The notes under the pieces are model-generated. The model was not told the origin of the DNA. It did not search any database and worked only from the letters and a program-made list of their open reading frames with translations. A program made the position numbers and the translations under genes. A stretch of 64,000 bases of DNA, taken from the NCBI RefSeq assembly GCF_001194135.2, contig NC_069001.1:3131188-3195187 (forward strand). The letters run 5' to 3'. Below, in pieces: positions 53,389 through 64,000 of the stretch (the first letter of the stretch is position 1; every line of letters starts with the position of its first letter). Origin of the DNA: Octopus bimaculoides (taxonomy: Eukaryota).

Positions 53389-53760
53389 GGTTTCAAATTT
53401 TGGCACAGGGCCAAGAGTCTTTGAGGGGAGGAGAAGTTGGTTACATCGACCTCAGTACTTGACTGATACTTATTTTATCAACCCCAAAAGGATGAAGGGC
53501 AAAGCTGACCCCAGTAGAAGTTGAACTCAGAACATCAAAACAGACAAATTACTGCTAACGATTCTGCCAGCTCACTGCCCTTGACAATTGTTTTTTGTTA
53601 TAGGCGCAAGGCATGAAATTTTGGAAGAGGCAGGGCTAGTTGATTACATTGACCTCAGTTCTCAACTGGTACTTATTTTATTGACCCCGAAAGGATGAGA
53701 AATAAAAGTCGACCTCAGTAGAATTTGAACATTAAGACAGGTGAAATGCTGCTAAAACGA
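53389..53760 (-). mobile_element. Two adjacent SINE family A copies
   Basis: Reverse-complement consensus (ggtttcaaattttggcacaagg...tacttattttatcgacccc.aaaggatgaaaggcaaagtcgacc) at about 53389-53582 and 53590-53760. Confidence 0.75.
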
Positions 53761-54336
53761 AGTAGAATTGGTTCATATTCTGCTGAAAGTTTACAAAAAA
53801 CCAAATACTCATGACAGCAACCTCATAGATATCTATATATAAGTAAAGAAATCAAGAAAGATAAGTGGATGGCTACGTCTCAGCATGACTTTACATTAAC
53901 GAAAGAAGCAAAAAAATGAAATACGTTAACGCAGTCTGACACTGAAGGAAACAGTCATAGGTTCAATGTCATGCAGCAGAACAAATGGATAAATGTAGTT
54001 AGGTAAATCAGTCATCGATTATGATGATGATGACGATGATGATGATGGTATCTATAAATAACTGGGGGTTCAGGAAATATTATTGCAGTCTAACAAGTGC
54101 TCCTGACATAATCACGCCGCATGAGAATTTTGGCAAACAAAGATTTCCAATACCTCTAACAAATGGGAGGTTTCTTGATAATGGGGAAAGGGGGGAGGGG
54201 GGAATATGTATAAAGTGGGGAGGCGGGTGAGGTGAGGAGTGAGGTGAGGTGTGCTGGTTGATTGGCTGGTTGGTTCATTATTTTCGGGGTCATCAGAAAT
54301 AACAAGGTTTAATGATAATAACAATAATAATGATTA

Positions 54337-54553
54337 ATCCTTTTTTGCCATAGGTACAAGGCCTGAAATTTTGGGGGAGGGGTAAAGTCGATTACATTGA
54401 CTCCAGTTCTCAACTGGTCCTTATTTTATTAACCCTGAAAGGATGAAAGGCAAAGTCAACCTTGGCAGAATTTGAACTCGGAATGTAAGGGACGGACAAA
54501 ATGCCGCTAAGCGGCATTTTGTCCGGTGTGTTGACGATTCTGCCAGCTCACCA
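54337..54553 (-). mobile_element. SINE family A
   Basis: Reverse-complement full-length match. Confidence 0.8.
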
Positions 54554-55399
54554 TTTTCATAAACAAGGAGGGGGAGTGGGAGGAGGGGAGGAGTACATGT
54601 ATATACCCATACATACCTACATACAGATATGTATACAACTATACATATACAAACATGTGTACATTATGTGTGTGTGCACATGTTCATGTGTGTGTGTGCA
54701 CNNNNNNNNNNNNNNNNNNNNGGAGGAGGGGAGGAGGAGGGGAGGAGTACATGTATATACCCATACATACCTACATACAGATATGTATACAACTATACAT
54801 ATACAAACATGTGTACATTATGTGTGTGTGCACATGTTCATGTGTGTGTGTGCACAGACACATTATATATATATATATATATATGTGCATGCATATATAT
54901 GCATGCATATATATGTATATACATACATATATACACACATATACATACACACAGACACACATACATACATGAACATACACACACACATGTATGTACATAT
55001 AAATTTAAATAATACTAAAAAAACATACAAAGAAAGAAAATGAGTTGGCAAGGAAGCATTAGGGATCAAAATGAAATCTAACAAATAAAATATGTAATTA
55101 CAAATTAAGAAGCTAATTAGTTAAACTGTAGAAATAGAAATAGAAATAACGAACTATCACATTCCTACAAGTCATTAACGTAGAAACGGAGCAGAGATAT
55201 ATTACTGGAAAATGGAGAAATAGAATTGCGTAAGTGCAGGTGGTAACACATCTTAATTACAGCTGCAGTTTGGTGCACAATTACGAAGGACTGTACAAAC
55301 AATGTGCACAATTACAGCAACGTATGCAGAGAATATTGAATAATGACAAGTGTTTCACAGTGTGAAGAGTTAACGTGTGTGTTTGTGTGTATGTGTGCG

Positions 55400-55860
55400 C
55401 GAAGGGGAGATAGAGAAAGGGAGAGAAAAGAGAGAGGGAGAGAGAAAGAGAAAGAGGGAGAGAGAGGGAGAGAGAAAGAGAGAGAGGGAGAGAGAAAGAG
55501 AGAGGGAGAGAAAGGGAGAGGGAGAGAAAGGGAGAGGGAGAGAGAGAGGGAGAGAAAGAGAGAGGGAGANNNNNNNNNNGGAGAGAGAAAGAGAAAGAGG
55601 GAGAGAGAGGGAGAGAGAAAGAGAGAGAGGGAGAGAGAAAGAGAGAGGGAGAGAAAGGGAGAGGGAGAGAAAGGGAGAGGGAGAGAGAGAGGGAGAGAAA
55701 GAGAGAGGGAGAGAAAAGAGAGAGGGAGAGAAAGAGAAAGGGAGAGAGAGAGAGGGAGAGAAAGAAGGAGTAAGGAGGAGAAAGAGGGGAAAAGAGAGAA
55801 AGAGAGAAGGGTGAAGAAAAAGAAAGAGAGAAGGTAAGAAAAAGAAGAAAGAGTAAGAGT
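55400..55860. repeat. Polypurine (GA/GGGA/AAAG) tract
   Basis: Almost exclusively purines on the + strand; similar tracts at 51980-52324 and 56660-57140, including a long perfect (GAAA)n at about 56995-57110. Confidence 0.9.
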
Positions 55861-55917
55861 TTGTTTCTGTGCATGTGATTGTGTGGATGGTTTCTGACAG
55901 GTTGGTATCATCCTCAT

Positions 55918-56350
55918 CCTCATCATCATTTAATGCCCATTTCCCATGCTGGCATGGGTTGGACAGTTTGATAGGAGCTGGTCAGCCAGAGGACTGCACC
56001 AGGCTTCACTGTCTGTTTTGGCAGGGTCTCTCCACAGCAGAAGTGCTAAGGCCTGTGCATCCCCTAGTGATGAGAATTGGCCTGCAACAGTCCTGTGTCA
56101 GTGCCACGTAGAAAGCACTCATACCGGTGCCACATAAAGGCACTTGTGCCAGTGGCATGTTAAAAGCACCCAGCACAAACACTGTGTAAAGTGGTTGGCA
56201 TTAGGAAGGGCATCGAGCCATAGGGAACCATGCCAGAACCAACTGGAACCTGGTGCAGACCCCCAGTTTGTCAGCCCTGGTCAAACCATCCAACATGGAC
56301 AACAGCCCTGGTCAAACCATGCCAGTATGGACAACAGACATTAAAGGATA
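55918..56350. mobile_element. Two SINE family C copies in inverted orientation
   Basis: Minus copy at about 55918-56030 and plus copy at about 56095-56350. Confidence 0.7.
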
Positions 56351-56992
56351 ATGTTGATGGTGATCGTGATGATGGTCATGATGCCCTTGCTAATGTCAAA
56401 AACCTTACAGTGTGTATTGAGTGCCTTTCCCATGGCACTGGTGAAGTCTCAAAATGGTTAAGTTGAAAATTCTAAGAAACTTGTAAGATGTTCTCAGATC
56501 TTGTCTCCGTGATGTTGTCAGGTGATGTTGTCAGGTGATGTTGTCAGTTGTTTGGTTCAGAAGAAAATGGGCTAGGTTTGGCACTTCTTTCTGTCTTTGT
56601 TGGTACAAAGGCTGACCTTTGTTGGTTGGTTATTTATAGAGTGAAGAAAGAAGAGGAACAAAAAAAATGGAAGGAGAGAGAGAGAGAGAGAGAGAGAATA
56701 AATTAGGGGTGAGAGAAGGAGAGGAAGAAAGAATGGAAGATTAAAGGAAAGGAGAAAGACAGAAAGAAAATGAAGAAAGAAAGAAACAAATGAAGAATGC
56801 AGGAGAAGAGGGAAAAGAAAGACTTAAGGAAAGGGGAGAGAAGAGCAAGGAGTAAATAAAAGGAAGGAAGGGAGGAAGGAAGGAAAGGGAGGGAGGGAGG
56901 GAGGAAAAGGAGGGAGGAAGACATGGAGAAAGAAAGAATATGAGGAAAGAAAATGAAAGCAAAAAAGAAAATATATATATAGAGAGAGAGAG

Positions 56993-57111
<119 letters not shown>

Positions 57112-57955
57112 AAAAAAACAGAGAAAAGAAAGCAGGAAAAGAAGAAATAGAAAATTTATTTATTTATTTATTAGTCATTTGAAGAAATGGTATATGACAA
57201 ATGGTTAATGCAAAAAGAAAACCTTTTTTGTTCCTGACATTGTGTGTGTGTGAGAGAGAGAGAAAAACTGTGACACACAGACACACACACACATCTATAC
57301 AGTCACCCTGTATTATAATATTCATATGTGATCAATCATACCCACACCTCTATAAGCTGGTGCTTTTTCCCTCTTGTTTTCAATTCAAATGTATGTCTAT
57401 AGACTCGCTTCTTAACTGTGGAGAATTCTTGACAAATAGAGGAATATATGTTGGACATTGAAACAGTGTCCCCACCACCACCACCACCATTACGACCCTT
57501 TGTATGTGTGTGCATAAACACATGTATGTATGTACAAACACACATATACACACATACATATATGCACAAACACACAAATACATATATATAGTCAAATATA
57601 CGTATAAATACACACACAAGCACCCATATATATATGTGTATATTGTGTATATGTATATATGTATATGTAATGTGCATATGTATATATACATAAATATACA
57701 TGTGCACACATTCATACATACACATACATAAGACACATACATACACATACATACATACATACATACATACATACATGCATTATACATAACACACACATAC
57801 ATACACATACATACACATGCACACACATACACACACACACACACATGCTCACTGCCACTGCATATCAACTACTTTAATGTTTATACATGAAACAAAAGCA
57901 ACATCTAACCCCCACTGTTTACAACACGTACATATATTCATGTGTCTGTATATAC

Positions 57956-57997
<42 letters not shown>

Positions 57998-58104
57998 ATG
58001 TATGTATGTATATGCATGCCAGATACATAAAGGTATACATGTACACACACCCACACACATGGCTCGTTCTACAGGGTACAGGAACCTATCAGGAAATTAC
58101 TCAC

Positions 58105-58150
58105 GGATTCTATAACCGAACAACAAAAGTACGAACAACATAAAGGAAAA
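58105..58150 (-). CDS. Candidate short exon, or a 5-nt microexon (58105-58109), ending at a strong donor
   Basis: Donor AATCC|gtgagtaa. Upstream is a long T-rich tract ending ttcggttatag| (5-nt exon AATCC) or gcttcag| (46-nt exon containing ATG at 58141, [12 protein letters not shown]). Confidence 0.2.
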
Positions 58151-58259
58151 CTGAAGCAGACCGAAAACAACAACAACAAAAAAAAGAATAAATCTATTAC
58201 TAACAAGACCAAAGCTAAATTTTAATAATACAAAACAAAATGCACAAACACAGAGGGGG

Positions 58260-58850
<591 letters not shown>

Positions 58851-59451
58851 CTATAGATGTATATAAAACAGACTGCTGTGTGTATAAAAGGCTAATATAA
58901 CAATATGCTCATTCATGTGTAATGTTGTTCCGCGTAATAATACACGCCATCGAGTGTAAGATTAACACACTCATGTCAATGGTATTAATTCACTTCAAAT
59001 GGTGTGGTTGACTAATTCTCGGATGGAAATAGCCAAATTGTGAGATGTTACAGAGTGTTGCTAAGTATACAAAGTATTGTATATGCTCGGTTTGGTTTGT
59101 GGGATGGAATGTGTTGTGCACAGAAACTGTATGGAAGCCTGTCTTATCAGTACGTATGTATGTGTGTATATCTACGTATGTATGTATACCCATGTATATA
59201 TGTTTGTATGTATGTTTGTATGTATGTATGTTTGTATGTACATGTGTATGTGTGTATCTTATGTATATATGTATATGTATAAGTATATATGTATATGTAT
59301 GTATGTGTGTATATATGTATGTGTGTGCGTATGCATATATGTGTGTATGCGTGTGTGTGTGTATGTATGTAGGTACACACATTAACCCACAACAGTCATG
59401 TAATATACATGTATAGATGCGTGCCAGTGTGTGCTTATGTGTGTGTGTGTG

Positions 59452-59501
<50 letters not shown>

Positions 59502-59677
59502 CAGAGACAGACAGAGACAGAGACAGAGAGAGAGAGAGAGAGAGACAGAGAGAGATATTTGTATGTATGTTTGTATGTATGTATATGCATGTATGTGTGT
59601 GTGTATAGACATAAATGTAATAGTGTTCTTAAGTGACATAAATATATGTGCATATATGTACACACACACACACACAT

Positions 59678-59710
<33 letters not shown>

Positions 59711-60267
59711 CAAGCTCAAATAAACACACATTAAAGTATTGCATCTTTCCAAAAGTCGTGATCGTAATTCCTATATTAGAAAAGATGCAACTGTGTAATG
59801 AAGCAACTGTGACATGAAAACAGTGTAATTTCTGTAATAAATGAATGCATGCTCTGTGTGTGTGTGTGTGTGTGCGCACGTGTGTGTGTGGTGCATGTGT
59901 GTATGCATACGTGTGTATGTGTAAGATACCCTAAAGAGAGAGACAACACTAGACTGCTCAGCAAAATTATCACAGAATAAAGATTAAAGCCAGTAGATCA
60001 CATTGCTGGCTACCAGAACAAAGCCATTCTAAAATAGCTTCCTAATGGATACCAGCGGAAGGGGAAAATAAAATATGAAAAGAAAAAATTTAAATTACAA
60101 GGTGCAGAACATTCCTAACCAACATGAGAGAAAGCAGTACCACAGATGGATGCAGAGAAAACAGCAGCTAACAGAAATCAGTGGTGTCAACTTGCTGGTC
60201 AATATCCTCGAGAACACAGAATGAATTGAAACTAATATTAATATATATATATATGTGTATGTATATA

Positions 60268-60530
60268 TCATCATCAACATTGTTTAACGTCCACCTTCCA
60301 TGCTGGCATGGGTTGGATGATTTGACAGAAGCCGGCCAGGCAGGAGACTTGCACCAGACTTCTGTGTCTGTTATGGCATGGTTTTTATGGCTGGATGCCC
60401 TTCCTAACACCAACCACCCTGCAGAGTGGACTGAGTGCTTTTTACATGGCACCAGCACAGGCAAAGTCAGTTTTGGCATGGATTTTACAGCTGGATGCCC
60501 TTCCAAATTCCGCCCCCTTTAGTGTCGACT
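60268..60530 (-). mobile_element. SINE family C
   Basis: tgtttaacgtccaccttccatgctggcatgggttggatgatttgac...ggctggatgcccttcctaacaccaaccac. Smaller fragments at 2750-2825 and 50180-50310. Confidence 0.75.
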
Positions 60531-60674
60531 TGATGATTTTTAAGTGGCACTTGCACTAGCAGGGTCACCAAGTAACTTGCAAGATAAGGATCCTTTGAGA
60601 GAAGAGGACGTGATCTTCTGTCAGATGATGAAAGATTCAAGTATGACAGAGAGACAGAAACAGGTGCCTTGATG

Positions 60675-60712
<38 letters not shown>

Positions 60713-61352
60713 TTTAGTGGTGGTCTGCTCTACCTGAATTGCAACTTCGGTACCAATGTTATTTTAGCAACACACAACAGGTCACGAGAACTTCACTGTT
60801 TGAAAATTTGGCAGACGTTATCAATTTAGATTTTTCAAAGGAACGTGTTGCTTCACACAGAAATTGTTGTTTTATCATTTGAATATTTCTAAATAACACC
60901 ATTGAGATACCTTTGAGATTGCTGCAATGATATGTTATACCCACACACACAAACACAGAGGTTTCCATTGGCAATAAGGTTGTAAAAAAAATTAACTGCC
61001 TATCAGTGTTAGGTGCTAAATTGTCCAATATTTCCATTCATGGGGTAGCCATTTTGAATTTTGAGGAAACAATCACAACATTACAGCAAGTTATAGATTT
61101 TTGTGAAAAGTTTTTGGAAAAAAAGAAGAGGAAAAAAGAAGTAAAAAAAAAAAACCATGGAAAATCTTTTTCTCAAAAGAAATTATTTAACAGCTTGTTC
61201 GTATTTGATGTTTAAAACATAAAAGCCCAAAGCCTGTTTTATTATTTTTCCAAGCTTAATTTTATTATGCCCCTATACAGGGGATATATGAAAATAGTCA
61301 GAAGAGAATATGAAATCTATTCTGCCTGTTATTTAACCATTATTTGTATGAA

Positions 61353-61570
61353 AAGGCGGCGGCGAGCTAGCAGAGCTGGCACGCCAGGCAAAATACTTAG
61401 TGTTATATCATCTGCCGCTACATTCTGAGTTCAAATTCCGCTGAGGTTGACTTTGCCTTTTATCCATTCAGGGTCGATAAATCAAGTACCAGTGAAATAC
61501 TGGGGTTGATGTAATCAACTAGTCCCCTCCCCACAAATTTGAGGCCTTGTGCCTCCAGTAGAAAGGATTA
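61353..61570 (+). mobile_element. SINE family A
   Basis: Full-length match ending gtagaaaggattatt. Confidence 0.8.
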
Positions 61571-61580
61571 TTTGTATGAA

Positions 61581-62195
61581 TAGGTGCAGGTGTGTTGTGT
61601 GGTTGTTAAGAAGCTCACTTTTCAACCGTGTGGTTTGGAGTTCAGTCCCACTGTGCAGCACTTTGGGCAGGTTTCTTCTATTATAACCAGAGGTGTAACT
61701 AGGGTAAATGGCACCCAGAGCAAGCATCAAAATATGCATGTGAAGGTGTGTGTGTGTGAGGTGACTGAGTGTGTGTATGTTGAAGACTGAGTGTGTGCAT
61801 GTTGAAGACTGAGTGTGTGTATGTGTGTTTCTGTAGAGGTGTGTGTATGTGTATCCATAGAGGAGTAACTGAGTGTGTATGGCTGAGTTTGTGTATGTAT
61901 GTGTGAGGTTGTTTGTATAAGTAGGTATGTGATTATGTATGCATATATCTATGAATGTGTCTCAATGTGTGTGCATGTGCACAGGTGTGCATGTGTGTGT
62001 TTGTCACTCCACCACCATTTGACAAGTGTTGGTTTGTTTACATCCTTGTAACCAAGCAGTTTGGCAAATGAAACCGATAGAATAAGTCTCAGACTTGAAA
62101 ATAAGTACTGAGGTCGATTTATTCAAATTAACCATCCAAGCTAGTGCCCCAGCATGGCCATAGTCCAACGACGAAAAGAAGTAAAAGACAAAAGA
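61581..62195 (+). mobile_element. SINE family B with expanded internal TG-rich region
   Basis: Head at 61581-61690 and 3' half at about 61995-62195, separated by about 300 bp of degenerate (TG)n. Confidence 0.65.
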
Positions 62196-62559
62196 TAAAA
62201 GTTAACCACAAAGGTGCCTGAAGCGATAGAAATATTCTCCTGTTACCGTTTCCTTGATTCAGTTTTCCAGTTGGTGAGGCGAGTGTGGTGCGGTCTTAAC
62301 AGACCAATTTATCTCTCTCTCGAGGCTCCAGGATCAGATCAGAAGCTCAAGATAACACTAATGAAAGACTGAAAGCCTTTAGCTATGCCAGTCTCTCGTT
62401 TAAGCAAATAGAATTATGCACAAAGAAATTACGATGATAACATCAGCAATGGTGATAACATAATTCTGGAAGAAGCAGCAAATGACGGGGTGGGGTGGAG
62501 GGGGGCACGTTAAATAATGATTTTTAACCCCTTTCGTTATCATATTTCTGTTGAAACGT

Positions 62560-62830
62560 GAAGGCACATGGCTCAGTGGTTACAGTGTTGGGCTCACAAT
62601 CATGAGGTAGTGAGTTTGATTCCCAGACTGGGCTGTGTGTTGTTTTCTTAAGCAAGACACTTTATTTCATGTAGCTCCAGTTTACTCCTCTGTAGAAATG
62701 AGTTGTGATGTCACTGGTGCCAAGCATGTATCAGCCCCTTTGCCTTCCCCTTGGATAACATCAGTTACATGGAGAGAGGAGGCTGGTATGCACGGGTGAC
62801 TGCAGGTCTTCCATAAACAACCTTGCTCAA
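62560..62830 (+). mobile_element. SINE family D
   Basis: Same head and central motif as 32365-32530; minus-strand fragments at about 22805-22880 and 35985-36118. Confidence 0.75.
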
Positions 62831-62950
62831 AACTCGTGCCTCAGAGGGGAACTCACTACATGTAATCCTATGGACATTCAGAACTAAACGGGGTCTTTAG
62901 ATGTAATCTTATGGACATTCATGACTAAAGGGGGGTCTTGACCCTTTATC

Positions 62951-63100
62951 CTAGCTCTCTAGGATTACCATTTGTTCTGATCCATGGCTCATTTCCTACA
63001 CTCACGATGCTTCATCAACCAAGTGGAGATGGAAGCTTCAGTGAAGGAGTTCTTCACCTCAAAGGACAAGAACTGGTATCAGCATGAGATCAAAGAATTT
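62951..63100 (+). mobile_element. Mariner (DD34D-type) transposase C-terminal fragment, decayed
   Basis: Translates as LAL*DYHLF*SMAHFLHSRCFINQVEMEASVKEFFTSKDKNWYQHEIKE, matching the mariner (SPD)LAPSDYHLFRSM...F...EFF.SK...WY..GI motif, with two in-frame stops. Confidence 0.8.
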
Positions 63101-63478
63101 GACAGAAAAGCAGCTTCAGAAAGGCAGCTTCAGAAAGGCAGCAGAGTATATTCATTCATCTGAAACTGCAACCTAACACTGTTACTCCTCTGGTATTTGG
63201 TAGGAAAACACAGGAATACAAACTCAGAGTAGTGATGGAGGGAAAGAAGTCTTAACTTTATAAGTGAATGAATATATTTATATCGTATTTCATGCTGAGT
63301 TTTCTTTACAATCTCAATGCATCCCCAGATTTGTGTTTCTCTTTTGAATGTCTTTAATCTGTCACTCTACTGGCAAATAAAGCAAGCTCCATAAATATGA
63401 AATGTAAAAGGAAACCATTTTATTTTTATTCCTTTCTGAAGAATTATTTATGTAATTAAAACTTATTTTCCGATTCAT

Positions 63479-63577
63479 ACTTAACGAAACATATTTCCAA
63501 TATCATATTTCACTTAACGAAATACATTTCCAATACAGAATTCCACTTAATGAAACATAGTTCCCCATACAGAAATA
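63479..63577. repeat. 33-bp tandem repeat, 3 degenerate copies
   Basis: acttaacgaaacatatttccaatatcatatttc / acttaacgaaatacatttccaatacagaattcc / acttaatgaaacatagttccccatacagaaata at 63479, 63512 and 63545. Confidence 0.85.
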
Positions 63578-63729
63578 TGAAAGATCAAACAGGCAGCAGA
63601 TTATTACAGGAGATTCTGATTATTGGGAGAAGATATTATTTTAAAAACACTGAATAGAAAATAATAACAACAACAACAACGATTAATAATAATAACAATA
63701 ATAATGATGATGATAATAATAATAATAAT

Positions 63730-63945
63730 GGTTTCAAATTTTGGCACAAAGCCAATAACTTTAAGGGAAGGGAGTAAGTTGATTACAAATGAACCCAGTG
63801 CTCAACTGGTATTTATTTTACCGACCCTGAAAGGATGAAAGGCAAAGTCAACCTCGGTGGCATTTGAACTCAGAACACCAAGTTGGAAGAAATGTCACTA
63901 AGCGTTCTTTCCAGCGTGCTAAAGATACTGCCAGCTTGCAGCCTT
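63730..63945 (-). mobile_element. SINE family A
   Basis: Reverse-complement full-length match with (AAT/AAC)n on both sides. Confidence 0.8.
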
Positions 63946-64000
63946 AACAACAGCAACAACAATAATAACAATAATAATAATAATAATAATCTTTTCTACT

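Noticed and set aside
60079-60230. Open frames near 60.1 kb (plus VQNIPNQHERKQYHRWMQRKQQLTEISG; minus Cys/Leu-rich)
   Set aside because: Short, lacking a convincing pair of splice sites, and compatible with chance in AT-rich DNA.

Overview
Repeat-saturated, AT-rich eukaryotic draft-assembly DNA with about 20 N-gaps totalling roughly 6 kb. The dense (CA)n, (AT)n, (AAT)n, (GAT)n, (ACC)n, (GATA)n and (GAAA)n microsatellites and the short-retroposon content fit an octopod cephalopod genome; this is an inference from sequence character, not a database match. Nearly every ORF in the supplied track is a translated microsatellite or spans N's. Supportable elements are: dozens of copies of about four SINE-like families; decayed fragments of R4/Dong-type (RLE) LINEs, an RTE-type LINE, a Tc1/maT-type transposase and a mariner transposase; a Tigger/pogo-like MITE; a hAT-like MITE; and several minisatellites. 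A few unique segments on the minus strand have plausible splice sites and open, phase-compatible frames (best: 46422-46537 and 29734-29863). They may be exons of one long-intron gene, but I do not recognise the protein. No CRISPR, rRNA, bona fide tRNA, C2H2 zinc-finger or protocadherin gene was seen, and I cannot claim a clearly new biological system. The best leads are the (TAA)n-embedded LINE/SINE insertions, the candidate orphan gene with a possible 5-nt microexon, a Forkhead-motif cluster in a CpG-rich block, and an inverted SINE pair that could form dsRNA.
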